A stretch of 64,000 nucleotides of DNA from Eledone cirrhosa (Eukaryota). This document shows, piece after piece, positions 28,601-44,128 of the stretch. The stretch lies in contig OZ024743.1 in NCBI GenBank assembly GCA_964016885.1, positions 4,278,001-4,342,000 on the forward strand. Direction: 5' to 3'. The notes beneath the pieces were generated by a model. The model had not been told where the DNA came from and ran no database searches. It saw only the letters and a list, made by a program, of their open reading frames with translations. A program made the translations under genes and the position numbers. The stretch's first letter is position 1, and every line of letters starts with the position of its first letter.

Positions 28601-30200
28601 AATATCTGTAGTGTTGTTGTTATTTGAAATAGAATTGTTTACGATTTAGAAATTTTTATTACTAAAATCTGTTTTGCACTGTCTCTTCTAATTAATATAC
28701 AACTTAACTTTATTATAGACATTCCTCATAGTTAAACCACCAATCAATGCAACATAAATTGACCACCATATAAACGTTACAGACATTTTTATGCTTTATA
28801 TGTTCATTCTGTCATTACAACAGCAGAAGTCCGACGAGATTTTGATACCAGAGCGGGGCCAGTTCCATACAGATCGAACCTTGAGCTAATCAATAGAGAA
28901 ACGCGCTTCACCAGTCAATAAACGTAACGAAGGCTTAACAAATCGTCCTTGTATTATCTCTACACTGTTTAGCTCTACACTGTTTAGCTCTACACCTCGC
29001 CACTGACGTGAACCTAAGCATCGAGTACTGACCTGGGTGAACTTACAGTAACTTCACGTTACTCTCTCTGGATATGTATATATATATATATATATATAAT
29101 ATATATATGGAGGCGGATGGGGGGGGGGGGGTCTGAGATACTTTTACCTGAATACTTTCAGAAAAGAAACGGAAAGCACTATATGTTGCTACATATAATG
29201 GAACGCTGAACAAAATGCGTTATTGTATGTTTTTGGCTATTTACACTCTTAGTTGAACTACTCTTTTACTTTTGCTTTTTATGTCTTTAGAATCGATATA
29301 GCACACTCTAATAATATTCCCTTTCCCAAATATATCTTTCACGAATCTACAGAAATGAATAAGTTTATGTAAACGCACCTATTAATAAAATGACCCAATA
29401 ATAAAGCAATTATATCAGAAACATAACCACCGCTAGGTATAATGTTTTAAATCATTAAGTGTGAGTATATCTACACCAATATAGACACATTGTTGAAACA
29501 CGTATGAAAATCAACGTTGTAGTTTTATATCATTTCAGCCAAATTCGATCTGCACATTAAATTAAATTTCTGAAGTGAACAGATATTTCAGTGTCGATTT
29601 GTTAGTAGGAAATCTATTGTCCCTCTGATGTCTTTAGGGTCAATCTCGTATGATTATCCATCAAACTACTTCAGGAAAATGTGCAAGTTGTTTTTAAAAC
29701 GATAGAAATATTGTTGCATACATCTAAGTATCAATTTCATTCAAAGTTTTAAAATCATTAAGAGCAATATTTTATTCTCTACGATAAGTGTTCGTAAGCA
29801 ATATTCCAAACAAATATGTATTGAATTTAATAAGCAAAGTAGCCTGAAATTGTAAAAATTAAAAGCTGTGAAATATAAAGGTATACGTATTATTATATTA
29901 ATATTCAATACTGATGGAAATAGAAATAGAAATTAGCGTCTACATTTATCTAAGAATAACTACGCATTGATTTATGTACCTCAAGAAATAAGGACCGGAT
30001 TCAGGATATTATTAAAGCAGATAAATCGATTACTAAAATGTATATGTAATCACTCGAAGTTCATAGTGTTCTCCATCGATACATACCGTTTCCTGCCTCT
30101 GCAAATGTTCAAGCAGCCTAATCACGAGTGAAGGATTGCAAATGATGAGAAAATCCGAGGTACGAGGAAGTGAATAATCCTTTTATAACGAACACACAAA

Positions 30201-30525
<325 letters not shown>

Positions 30526-31904
30526 ATATATATATATATCAACACCATTTTAAGAAATATGTGTATTCATTTTGTTGGGACACCCTCTATGTGTTAATTT
30601 ATATATATATATATATAAACAATAATATACTGTACCTACGTTTCACCAGTGTAGAGTCATCAGACAAGAGTGAATCATAAATATATATTTAGCTTAAAAA
30701 CAATATTTTATTTTGCTTTGTCATCCTTTTTATCCCAGTTCAATCTATATATTTGTTTCCGCATTTTCCTGCCATTCCTAACACTCTCTTTATTATTTAT
30801 TAGACTCATATATATATACAGGAAGGCGCATGAATATGGATTTATATGCAGCTGCTAGAAATGTGGCAAGATTATTGGTTGGGAATTTGGAAATCTTTTC
30901 TGAATGAGAATTGCGTAAGGGAATGCTATTAAAAAAACTATCGTATTTATACAAAGTGAAAACTTTACAGTGATTAACTTCCCTTAAGAATGCTTTAACT
31001 CTAGAATTTATGATATTTTAGTTGAACGTTTATCGAATTCTCTAAATTTATGACGCTAGATCTTTTGTCTCTTTGTTCACGGGTAAAATTAAAAGTTGGG
31101 AGAATATATTCTAAATCTATTGGTCTTTAAGGTCATAATACTTTAAGCTTTAGAGCTGTTGTTACTAATCACTTCCCATTAGCCAAATAGTTAGATTCTC
31201 GATGGAAATCAATTTAATATATTTTAACAGCTCCAGCTTTGAGGGGGTAGAATATAATAGATTATAGTCGAAGCTTGAACTAGTGAAATACGTTCATTGA
31301 AGTTTACGATGTGACAAGCAATTGAATTTCACAACGCTTCTTGTGCATTTTCTAAGAACCAAAATTATATATGTGTGTCTGTGTGTATAGGTGTGAATAA
31401 TTAGCGTGCTTTGAGGGTATATGTATGCAATTTGCTTTTGTTTTCATGTAGATGTCTGTAAGCTAAATATAACAGTACGGATGAATGAGCTTTCTATTTC
31501 TGAAATAATTTGTCAAATGTTGCGGAAGTATCTTGTGACCAAACTCTTACACAGAAAGTTTCTTTCTGTCCATATAGGTATGTGTGTGCATGTGGGTGTG
31601 TTTATGCTCGTTTGACTGTGAGTTTCTGGTTATATATTTGTTAAATGTTCACTGTAAAAGAAATGAGGGAACAAAATTATTTTTGCTTGAATTATAAGAA
31701 TTTGAATAAAAAAAAGGAGTGTGGAATATTTCAATTATGAAACAATAATCGCAGCTCATTATTGATTTCTCGTTCTGAAACTTCTATTTTTGGTTCAATT
31801 CATTGTGACTTTAGCATAATGCAGAATAGCATAACTGTTGTAGATGCTGACAAAAATGATTGCTAATATTGTCCTTATTCGGTGGATTTGGTTGATCATT
31901 TTAT

Positions 31905-32002
31905 CTGACACTCGACCTGAATGTCTGAGGCTGCAGGTAGCAGCTTGATATTCATTTCAACAAACTTTCCAGTTAAATAACATCAATGACTCAGACTCAA
32001 AG
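31905..32002 (+). mobile_element. R1 family 3' UTR remnant
   Basis: tctgaggctgcaggtag..catcaatgactcagactcaa matches R1 ends. Confidence 0.75.
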
Positions 32003-32975
32003 AAAACACAGAAAAAGCAAAGCAGGTAAAAGTAACTGCAAAGAAAGAACTGCTACAGAAACTGGCTAAGAAATGGCAAAAAAAGCCTATGTATGGAAAA
32101 TACCCAGAAAGAGCTAACAATCCTGATGTTGACAAAACTTTAACCCATCAGCGGTTGGCATCCTTTGGACTGAAATCAGAGACAGAAGGACTGATTATAT
32201 CAGCACAAGATCAGTGTCTGCCAACAAAAACTTATCAAGCCAATATAATAAAAAATGGATGCAACCCATTATGCCGTGTATGTAAAAAACAACCAGAGAC
32301 CATTGATCATATAATTTCAATGTGCAGTCCTATAACTCCAACCGAATATCTAAAACAGGCACGACAGAGCTGCACAATTCATACATTGGGTAATGTGTAA
32401 GCATTTTGACCTGCCTCATCAAAAGAATTGGTGGGAGCGTCAACCACCTCGTACATGAAAAAGATCACATCTCAATCTTGTGGAACTTTAGCATCCAAAC
32501 AGACCGAAAAATAGATGCAAATAGACCTGATATAATATTGAAGGACTTTAAAAAGAGGGTATGCCTGCTAATTGATATGTCCGTTCCAATAGACAAGAAT
32601 GTATCTATAAAAACATTTGAAAATTCAGCAAGTATAAGGACCTGGAGATAGAAATTGGAAAAATGTGGAAGTTGAGAATTAAAACAATACCAGTGGTTGT
32701 AGGCGCTCTAGGAATGATACCTAAGGGGTCTAATGATTACTTATCCCAAATCCCAGGAAACCCACGTATATAAGAAATACAAAAGATAGTACAAATGAGA
32801 ACTCCCCATATACTAAGGAAGATTCTGTCAATATAAATACATCATAGGTCTAAACACCTAAAGATACATGTATGTGTGTATGTGTTCTTTCTTGAACATA
32901 GCGGACCTTGTTATCTCTTGAGGCCACTGGTTGTGACTTGGAGATAACTCTTATGAACATAAAGCAAGACAATGA
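32002..32975 (+). mobile_element. R4/Dong-like family R2, 3' fragment, degenerate
   Basis: CRVCKKQPETIDHIISMC and NRPDIIL; matches 37762-38710. Confidence 0.9.
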
Positions 32976-33027
<52 letters not shown>

Positions 33028-33035
33028 GAGGTATC

Positions 33036-33085
<50 letters not shown>

Positions 33086-33089
<4 letters not shown>

Positions 33090-34721
33090 GAGGTATCTTC
33101 CAGGGTGATAGTCTGTCCCCTCTGTTGTTTGTCCTTGCCCTGATGCCCCTGAACAGTGTACTGCGAAAGGTGAGAGCAGGATACAGCTTGGGAAAGGGAG
33201 GGCTTACCATCAATCACCTCCTCTTCATGGACGATCTTAAGCTCTTCGTGAAGAGTGAGAAGGAGTTGGATGTACGTGTTGACACTGTCCGTATTTTCAC
33301 CAATGATGTATGTATGCAATGTGGAGTCATTGTGATGAAGAGGGGTAAGTTGAGCAGAAGTAACGGAATCCAGGTACCAACGGGTGAGATGATAAAGGAA
33401 ATTGACTCTGAAGAAGGATACAAGTATTTGGGCGTTCTGGAGGCTGATGACATCAAGAACAAAGAAATGAAGGAATTGATAAGAACTGAATACATTCGGA
33501 GCGTAAGGAGCGTATTAAAGTCACATCTGAATAGTAGGAATGCCATAAGTGCAGTAAATTCCCGAGCTGTGTCTATTATTAGATACAGTGCGGGAATTCT
33601 GAGATGGAATGTTGCTGAACAGAAAGAAATGGTTAGGAAGACTAGGAAGCTATTGACTATCTACAACATGTTCCACAAGAGGAGTGATGTCGATAGATTC
33701 TACTTAAGGAGATCTGAGGGTGGAAGAGGTCTTATCAGCATAGAGGACTGTGTTCAGATGGAGAAAAACAACCTACACAAATACGTGATTGATAGTAAGG
33801 AGCCAATGCTCAGAACTGTAGTGAAGGAGGGGACAATAGGCCAGGGGATGTCCAAGGAGGAAATAACATCAAGGAGAAAGAGCAGCCTTCAGGAAAAATC
33901 CCTTCATAGTACCTTCTTTGAGAGAACTGAACTTAGAGATCCACAGACATGGAACTGGTTGAAAAGAGGAGACCTTAAAAAGGCTACAGAAGGAATGTTA
34001 ATGGCTGCGCAGGAGCAGGCCCTCAAAACGAAGTGGCTGAAACACCATATTTACAAGGAGGAGGCTAGCTCACTGTGTAGGATCTGTGGAGAGAGAGAGG
34101 AGACTGTGGCTCACATTGTATCCGAGTGTAAACACCTAGCCCAGACTCACTTTAAGGGCTGGAGACATGATGTGATGGGCAGGGTGATCCACTGGCACCT
34201 ATGCAAAGTAAACAATTTACCACATTCTGAGAAGTGGTATGAGCATAAGCCAGAGGCGGTGATAGAAAACGATCAGGTGAAGGTGTTGTGGGATTTTAGG
34301 ATACAGGCGGACAAGAAACTGGAACACAATAGACCTGACCTGGTGGTTGAGGACAAAGAAAAAAGAACGTGCCTGATTGTGGATGTGGCCTGCCCATTCG
34401 ACACGAGAGTGCAAGAGAAGGAGAGGGAGAAAATTAACCGATACCAGGACTTAAAGTGGGAGGTAAAAAGGATTTGGAACTGCCATGAAGTCAAAGTGAT
34501 CCCGATTGTCATAGGCGCACTAGGGACTATCTCAAAAGGTTTCCAGGGATGGTTAAAGAAAATTGGCGCCTTCAAGCTTTTTGGAACGCTTCAAAAGGCA
34601 TGCTTGCTGGGAACAGCAAGAACCCTCCGATACGTCCTGAATATCTGAGGCTGCAGGTAGTGGCTTGATATTCATTCCAACGGACTTTCCAGTTAACTAA
34701 CATCAATGACTGAGATTCAAG

Positions 34722-34723
<2 letters not shown>
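33086..34723 (+). mobile_element. R4/Dong-like family R1, 5'-truncated (ORF to 34648)
   Basis: [56 protein letters not shown]; flanked by (AAT)n. Confidence 0.93.
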
Positions 34724-34753
<30 letters not shown>

Positions 34754-34758
34754 TAATA

Positions 34759-36494
34759 ATAATCAGACAGTTGATGGGTAATAGTATGAGGTCCTGGGAA
34801 ACAGAGTTGACGCCAACTGAAGAATCCTTGGGAAGCGTGAAGATCAAGAGAGGTATCTTCCAGGGGGATAGCCTGTCCCCTCTGTTGTTTGTCCTTGCCC
34901 TGATGCCCCTGACCATTATGCTGCGAAATGTGAGAGCAGGATACAAGCTGGGAAAGGGAGAGCTTACCATCAATCACCTCCTCTTCACGGACGATCTTAA
35001 GCTCTTCCGGAAGAATGAGAAGGAGTTGGATGTGCTTGTTGACACTGTCCGTATTTTCAGCAGTGATAGTTATGCAGTTTTGTATTAGTAAGTGTGGAGT
35101 CATTGTGATGAGGAGGGGTAGGTTGAGCAGAAGTAACGGAATCCAGATACCAACAGGTGAGATGATAAAGGAAATTGACACTGAAGAAGGATACAAATAT
35201 TTAGGTGTTCTGGAGGCTGATGACATCAAGAACAAAAACATGAAGGAATTGTTAAGAACTGAATACATTCGGAGAGTAAGGAGCGTATTAAAGTCACATC
35301 TGAACAGTAGGAATGCCATAAGCGCAGTAAATTCCCGAGCTGTGTCTATTATTAGATACAGTGCGGGAATTCTGAGATGGAATGTTGCTGAACAGAAAGA
35401 AATGGTTAGGAAGACTAGGAAGCTATTGACTATCTACTACATGTTCCACAAGAGGAGTGATGTCGATAGATTCTACTTAAGGAGATCTGAGGGTGAAAGA
35501 GGTCTTATCAGCATAGAGGACTGTGTTCAGATGGAGAAAAACAACCTACACAAATACGTGACTGATAGTAAGGAGCCAATGCTCAGAACTGTACTGAAGG
35601 AGGGGACAATAGGCCAGGGGATGTCCAAGGAGGAAATAACATCAAGGAGAAAGGGCAGCCTTCAGGAAAAATCCCTTCATAGTACCTTCTTTGAGAAAAC
35701 TGAATTTAGAGATCCAGAGACATGGAACTGGTTGAGAAGAGGAGACCTCAAAAAGGCTACAGAAGGAATGTTAATGGCTGCGCAGGAGCAGGTCCTCAAA
35801 ACGAAGTGGTTGAAACACCATATTTACAACGAGGAGGCTAGCCCACTGTGCAGGATCTGTGGAGAGAGAGAGGAGACTGTGGCTCACATTGTATCCGAGT
35901 GTAAACACCTAGCCCAGACACACTATAAGGGCTGGAGACATGATGTGATGGGCAGGGTGATCCACTGGCACCTGTGCAAAGTAAACAATTTACCACATTC
36001 TGAGAAATGGTATGAGCATAAGCCAGAGGCGGTGATGGAGAACGATCAGGTGAAGGTGCTGTGGGGTTTTAGGATACAGACGGACAAGAAACTGGAACAC
36101 AATAGACCTGACCTGGTGGTTGTGGACAAAGAAAAAAGATCGTGTCTGATTGTGGATGTGGCCTGCCCATTCGACACGAGAGTGCAAGAGAAGGAGAGGG
36201 ATAAAATTAACCGATACCAGGACTTAAAGTGGGAGGTAAAAAGGATTTGGAACTGCCATGAAGTCAAAGTGATCCCGATTGTCATAGGTGCACTAGGGAC
36301 TATCTCAAAAGGTTTCCAGGGATGGTTAAAGAAAATTGGCGCCTTCAAGCTTTTTGGAACGCTTCAAAAGGCATGCTTGCTGGGAACAGCAAGAACCCTC
36401 CGATACGTCCTGAATATCTGAGGCTGCAGGTAGTGGCTTGATATTCATTCCAACGGACTTTCCAGTTAACTAACATCAATGACTGAGATTCAAG

Positions 36495-36496
<2 letters not shown>
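34759..36496 (+). mobile_element. R4/Dong-like family R1, second tandem copy, frameshifted
   Basis: ORFs 34771-35088 and 35015-36421 with the same motifs. Confidence 0.93.
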
Positions 36497-36560
<64 letters not shown>

Positions 36561-36564
<4 letters not shown>

Positions 36565-38710
36565 TTTAACATCAGTCCTAACTGAATACACATATGACCA
36601 CCTGATAACAAATGACCTATTTCCCATTGAGCAGAAAGGGTGTAAACGAGGCTCATATGGCTGTAAGGATCAGCTTCTGGTTAACAAAATGATACTGGAA
36701 GATTGTCATAATAGATACAAAAATCTATCGATTGCTTGGATAGATTATAAAAAAGCATTTGATAGTTTGCCACACAGTTGGATTGAAAAATGTTTAGAGA
36801 TTTTCAAAATATCCCCCGTTATCAGGAGGTTTTGTCATTCAGTATGAGGACATGGAGAACGACACTCCTTTTGAATAGTGAAACAAAATCACTGGAAGCT
36901 GGAGAAGTTAACATTAATTGTGGAATTTTTCAGGGTGACTCTTTATCACCGCTTTTATTCTGCATCGCACTTATACCATTAAGTAAAATGCTCAATGAAA
37001 CAAAACATGGATATAGAGTCTATGACAAAACCATTAATCACCTGTTCTACATGGATGACCTGAAACTATTTGCAAAAAATGATGAACAATTGCAAGGGCT
37101 ATTGTCCACTGTGAAGCAGTTCAGTGATGACATTAAAATGGAGTTTGGACTGGATAAATGCGCCAAAGCAACGTTCACCAGAGGAAAGCTGCTGAAGAGT
37201 TCAGACATTAATCTTGATCGGGGGAACGTGATAAGAGAGCTTGATCAAGAACAAACTTACAAATATCTAGGTGTTTGTGAAGGAGACGGAATCAAGCACT
37301 CGACAATGAGGGAAAGGATAAGGAAGGAATGTTACCGCAGAGTCAGAGCAATCTTAAGAACGGAATTGAATGCAAGGAATAGGATCGATGCCATAAACAC
37401 GCTTGCCATACCAGTAGTAACCTACAGTTACAATGTCATCAACTGGTCAAGCACAGAGATCCGTAGGCTCGATACAAAAATCCGAAAATTCTTAACCATG
37501 CACAGAATGCATCACCCTAAGGCAGACATAGATAGAATATATCTCCCTAGGAAAGAAGGAGGACGTGGGTTAATCCAGTTAGACATTGCGTTGAAAACTG
37601 CAACAATTGGATTATCCACATATCTAAGGGAATCACATGATTGGATGATCAAACTCGTTTTGAAACACGAAAGCACCAAAAGATCATATTCCATTACAAA
37701 AGATGAACAAAGATACAGTAATGGACTACAAATTTCAGAAGTCCCATTTACTGCTGAAATGGAAAACACAGAAAAAGCAAAGCAGGTAAAAGTAACTACA
37801 AAGAAAGAACTGCTACAGAAACTGGCTAAGAAATGGCAAGAAAAGCCTCTGTATGGAAAATACCCAGAGCGAGCTAACAATCCTGATGTTGACAAAACTT
37901 TAACCCATCAGTGGTTGGCATCCTCTGGACTGAAATCGGAGACTGAAGGACTGATTATATCCGCACAAGATCAGTGTCTGCCAACAAAAAATTACCAAGC
38001 CAACATAATAAAAAATGGGTGCAGCCCATTATGCCGTGTATGCAAAAAACAACCAGAGACCATTGACCATATAATTTCAATGTGCAGTCCTATAGCTCCA
38101 ACCGAATACCTAAACAGGCATGACAGAGCTGCACAATACATACATTGGATAATGTGTAAGCATTTTGACCTGCCCCATCAAAAGAATTGGTGGGAGCGTC
38201 AACCACCTCCCATACTTGAAAAAGATCACATCAGACCGAAAAATAGATGCAAATAGACCTGATATAATATTGAAGGACTTTCAAAGGAGGGTATGCCTGC
38301 TAATTGATATGTCTGTTCCAATAGACAAGAATGTATCTATAAAAACATTTGAAAAATTGAGCAAGTATAAGGACCTGGAGATAGAAATTGGAAAAATGTG
38401 GAAATTGAGAACTAAAACAATACCAGTGGTTGTAGGCGCTCTGGGAATGATACCTAAGGGGTCTAACGACTACTTATCGCAAATCCCAGGAAACCCGCGT
38501 ATAGGACAAATACAAAAGATAGTACTAATGGGAACTGCCCATATACTAAGGAAGATCCTGTCAATATAAGTACATCACAAGTCTAAACACTAAAGATGCA
38601 TGTGTGAATATGTGTTTTCTTTCTTGAACATGGCGGACCTTGTTGTCTCTTGAGGTCACTGGTTGTGACTTGGTGATAACTCGTATAAACATAAAGCAAG
38701 TTAAATGCAA
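36561..38710 (+). mobile_element. R4/Dong-like family R2, 5'-truncated, frameshifted
   Basis: [24 protein letters not shown], zinc knuckle, PDIIL, ends HILRKILSI. Confidence 0.93.
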
Positions 38711-38730
38711 ATAATAATAATAATAATAAT

Positions 38731-41700
38731 AAAAACTCCAAACGAAAATAATGAGATCGTAAATGATAAGGAAATGAATGAGAATGAACTTGCCAACTTG
38801 AAGGATGAAATTATGATCGAATGGATGAAAATGAAAGAATCTGACATGGGGCAACGAGACACCCTCCCTAAGATCCAGAACTCCAAACAGAACCAAAAGA
38901 TAATACACAAGACTAACATTATCATCACAAACAAACTAAACATTACTGATTTAAATCATCTCTATTATGCATCGGCTAAAGTCACCACTCACTTATGTGG
39001 AGTGAAGATGAAAAAACAAAGGAATTCCCACAAGAAATCTACTTGGCAAGAGAAAATCAATCGCCAAATAAACCTTCTCCGATCTGACATAGAAATTTTA
39101 ACAAACTATAAAGTAGGTGAACATGTTAAACAAACTAAACTTAGAAAATTGAAAAGAAAGTACAGTATAAAATCAACATGTGACATAGACATGCTGATAG
39201 AAATAATCAAGCAAAAAGTGTCGGCCAAAGCTGCTCGTATAAGGCGCTTTGAAAACCGATCTAGATTCTATAAGGACAATAATATGTTCAAAAACAACCA
39301 AAGAAACTTCTACAGAAAAATTGGTAATTCAACAATAACTGCTAAATCAATACCACCCAAGGAGGAAGTGCAAGAATTCTGGGAAAAGATCTGGGCCAAA
39401 GAAAAAGTTCATAACATACATGCCCCATGGATAGACAGACAAATGAAAGATACAGCTCACATTGAGGAACAAATATGGGAAAATATAACAGTTGAACAGT
39501 TGCGCTTAGCTCTAAGAAAAACCAGCAAATGGAAATCCCCAGGAAAAGACAAAATACAAAACTTTTGGATAAATGCCTTCACAGAGTCTCATGAGCTGTT
39601 AGCCCAACTTTACAATGAAATAGTTAAGGAGCCAGAAAAAATACCATCATGGCTAGTTAACGGCATTACATTCCTGCTTCCGAAGAATGATGAGACAAAC
39701 AATCCCAAAAATTACAGACCGATAACTTGCTTGACCACAATGTATAAAATTTTAACATCAGTCCTAACTGAATACACATATGACCACCTGATAACAAATG
39801 ACCTATTTCCCATTGAGCAGAAAGGGTGTAAAACGAGGCTCATATGGCTGTAAGGATCAGCTTCTGGTTAACAAAATGATACTGGAAGATTGTCATAATA
39901 GACACAAAAATCTATCGATTGCTTGGATAGATTATAAAAAAGCATTCGATAGTTTGCCACACATTTGGATTGAAAAATGTTTAGAGATTTTCAAAATATC
40001 CCCCGTTGTCAGGAGGTTTTTGTCATTCAGTATGAAGACATGGAAAACGACACTCCTTTTGAATAGTGAAACAAAATCACTGGAAGCTGGAGGAGTTAAT
40101 ATTAATTGTGGAATTTTTCAGGGTGACTCTTTGTCACCGCTTTTATTCTGCATCGCACTTATACCATTAAGTAAAATGCTCAATGAAACAAAACATGGAT
40201 ATAAAGTCTATTTGCAAAAAATGATGAACAATTGCAAGGGCTATTATCCACTGTGGAGCAGTTCAGTGATGACATTAAAATGGAGTTTGGCTAGATAAAT
40301 GCGCCAAAGCAACGTTCACCAGAGGAAAGCTGCTGAAGAGTTCAGACATTAATCTTGATCGGGGGAACGTGATAAGAGAACTTGATCAAGAAAAAACTTA
40401 CAAATATCTAGGTGTTTGTGAAGGAGACGGAATCAAGCACTCGACAATGAGGGAAAGGATAAGGAAGGAATGTTACCGCAGAGTAAGAGCAATCTTAAGA
40501 ACGGAATTGAATGCAAGGAATAGGATCGATGCCATAAACACGCTTGCCATACCAGTAGTAACCTACAGTTACAATGTCATCAACTGGTCAAGCACAGAGA
40601 TCCGTAGGCTCGATACAAAAATTCGAAAATTCTTAACCATGCACACAATGCAGATAAGGCAGATATAGATAGACTATATCTCCCTAGGAAAGAAGGAGGA
40701 CGTGGGTTAATCCAGTTAGACATTGCGTTGAAAACTGCGACAATTGGATTATCTACATATCTAAGGGAATCACATGATTAGATGATCAAACTCGTTTTGA
40801 AACACGAAAGCATCAAAAGATCATATTCCATTACAAAAGATGCACATAGATACAGTAATGGACTACAAATTTCAGAAGTCCCATTTACTGCTGAAATGGA
40901 AAACACAGAAAAAGCAAAGCAGGTAAAAGTAACTGCAAAGAAAGAACTGCTACAGAAACTGGCTAAGAAATGGCCAGAAAAGCCTCTGTATGGAAAATAC
41001 CCAGAGCGAGCTAACAATCCTGATGTTGACAAAACTTTAACCCATCAGTGGTTGGCATCCTCTGGACTGAAATTGGAGACTGAAGGACTGATTATATCAG
41101 CACAGATCAGTGTCTGCCAACAAAAAATTACCAAGCCAACATAATAAAAAATGGATGCAGCCCATTATGCCGTGTATGCAAAAAACAACCAGAGACCATT
41201 GACCATATAATTTCAATGTGCAGTCCTATAACTCCAACCGGATACCTAAACAGGCATGACAGAGCTGCACAATACATACATTGGATAATGTGTAAGCATT
41301 TTGACCTGCCCCATCAAAAGAATTGGTGGGAGCATCAACCACCTCCCATACTTGAAAAAGATCACATCTCAATCCTGTGGAACTTTAGCATCCAAACAGA
41401 CCGAAAAATAGATGCAAATAGACCTGATATAATATTGAAGGACTATAAAAAGAGGGTATGCCTGCTAATTGATATGTCTGTTCCAATAGACAAGAATGTA
41501 TCTATAAAAACATTTGAAAAATTGAGCAAGTATAAGGACCTGGAGATAGAAATTAGAAAAATGTGGAAATTGAGAACTAAAACAATACCAGTGGTTGTAG
41601 GCGCTCTGGGAATGATACCTAAGGGGTCTATTGATTACTTATCCCAAATCCCAGGAAACCCGCGTATAGGAGAAATACAAAAGATAGTACTAATGGGAAC

Positions 41701-41877
41701 TGCCCATATACTAAGGAAGATTCTGTCAATATAAGTACGTCACAAGTCTAAACACTAAAGATGCATGTGTGAGTATGTATGTTCTTTCTTGAACATGGCG
41801 GAGCTTGTTGTCTCTTGAGGTCACTGGTTGTGACTTGGTGATAACTCGTATGAACATAAAGCAAGATAAATGCAACT

Positions 41878-41880
<3 letters not shown>
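38731..41880 (+). mobile_element. R4/Dong-like family R2, longest copy, disrupted
   Basis: N-terminal region, WKSPGKD, NYRPITCL, RT and RLE across ORFs 38705-41734. Confidence 0.93.
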
Positions 41881-41928
<48 letters not shown>

Positions 41929-41944
41929 TAAATAAAAACACTAA

Positions 41945-43620
41945 ACAGATCTGGGCTTGGGTATAAAAGTTACAATGGGAAAATTAACCATCGCCTATAT
42001 ATGGATGATCTAAAGTTGTATGCTACAAATGAAAAGCAACTCCAAGCACTATTCCAAACTACACGGATTCACAAAAGAAATTGGGATTAGAAAAATGTGC
42101 TAAGACAACTCTGAAGAGAGGGAAACTAGTGAAAAGCAATAATATGATGTTAGATAAAGAAACAGAAATAAGAGAACTAGATCAAAATCAGACATACAAA
42201 TACTTAAGAATCAACGAACTAGATAAGATTCAACACACACTGATGAAAGAAAAGATTAGAAAATATTAGAAAAGAATACTACAGAAGAATTAGGTTAATA
42301 CTCCTAACTGAATTAGATGCAAAGTATAAGGTGATTGACATCAACACTTCCCAGTAATGAGCTACAGCCTTTACATTTTGAACTGTACACTAAAAGAACT
42401 AGCTGGAACAGATAGAAAAACAAGAAATATAATGACGGCATTTAGAATACACCATCCAAAGTTAGATGTAGAAAGATTATATCTACCAAGAACACAAGGA
42501 GAAAGGGGCCTTAGGCAACTGGAAAACTCTTATAAAATAACTACTGTAGGACTACAAAAATACCTAATAAAAACAAAGGAAAGCTAATACAAATAGCCAC
42601 GAAACCTGAACAAAAGAAAAAGACTGTTCTCGGTCTTCAAGGAAGCCAAAAAATTCAAATCAGAAACTGGACTAACAGATAATTGTGGGGAAAATAAAAT
42701 AAAAAAAAACAACAATAGAAATTGTGAAAGACAAAATTTAAATATAAAACTGACCTCCAGAATGCCATGTTAAAACGATGGCAAGAGAAATCCTTACATA
42801 GCCAATACCCCAAAAAAGCTAAATAGGAAGGAAGTAGACAAAGAAAACACACAAAACTGACCCCGAAGCACTGGTCTAAAAGCTGAGATGGTGGATTTTT
42901 AATTGCAGCGCAGGACTAGTGTCTACCTACCAGAATATAGCAGAAGTACATAATGAAACAAAGCACTATAAGTAACTGTAGGATATGTAGAGATAGGGAA
43001 GACATAATCAATCACATAGTCTCTGGAGGCCCCGCACTAGCCAAAAAAGAATATATCCACAGGCATGATAGAGTGGGAAATTCAAACACTGGAAATTATG
43101 CTAGAATTATGAAATACCAACAGAAAAAAAATAGTACAAAAACACACCAGAAAAAGTGTCAGAGAATGACAAAGCAACCATTCTCTGGGATATGGCAAAT
43201 CATTCAGACAGAGGTATCAAGGCCAACCGACCGATGTTATAGTCAAAGACCACAAAGAAAGAAATGCCTTCTAATAGGAGACAATATATCTTCACAGGAG
43301 ACAATATATCTTCGAAGGAAATGAAGAAACTCTCCAAATATAAATATCTAGAGATAGAAATAACTCGAATGTGGAAAATGCAAACAGAAACAATACATAT
43401 AATAACAGGTGCTCTAGGAATGATAAAACACTCCGACAAATACATAGCCAAAACCCCAGGACTTACAAATATATAGAGCATACAAAAGATAGCAATACTA
43501 GGCACTGCACACATATTACGAAAAGTACCCTCAACACAGTAGAAACAACATCAGCGAAAACTACACTGCTCATACCCAAGGCACACAGAGCTGTGCTCGG
43601 TAATGCAGTAATGAGGGTTT
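41945..43620 (+). mobile_element. Old R4/Dong-like family R3, heavily decayed
   Basis: YMDDLKLY, LYLPR..G.RGL, CRIC..HIVSG, RHD, KKLSKYKYLEIE. Confidence 0.85.
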
Positions 43621-44075
43621 CTTTATTGGCCACAAGGGCTAACATGATGAAAGACATTACAGACGGCACAGAACGTTACAGGACGATGCTAAATGGTTTT
43701 TGGCCGTGTAAAAAGATTATAACGTGACAGAAATGTGTAAATACAAATTTAAAAAAAACTCAAACAACAAAAATTCCCCCAAAAGGGGAAACCTCCGAGA
43801 GTCACTCGTGGCGAAAATCACACAAAAGACCACGGCCACCCTGACCACCAGGGCAAGCGCCCTCTCTCAGTTTTCCATTTCCTCAGTCTATAGGCGCATA
43901 CTCAGAGCGGGCCCGTTCACTCGGAGCAGACTCGCCACTTTCACCCACCTTTCAACATATTACTAGAAGACAGTACTTGAAAAAGTTAATCGGGGTTTCG
44001 CCGGAGAGGAAAGTGTCCGTCTTCAACCCTTTCAACCTTGTTCACCACCCAATCACTTTCCATGGACACCAGGAA
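43615..44075 (-). mobile_element. Tx1/L1-like 3' fragment
   Basis: Similar to 44960-45435 (ccctgaccacca..ggcaag.gccctc.c.cagttttcca). Confidence 0.8.
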
Positions 44076-44124
<49 letters not shown>

Positions 44125-44128
<4 letters not shown>

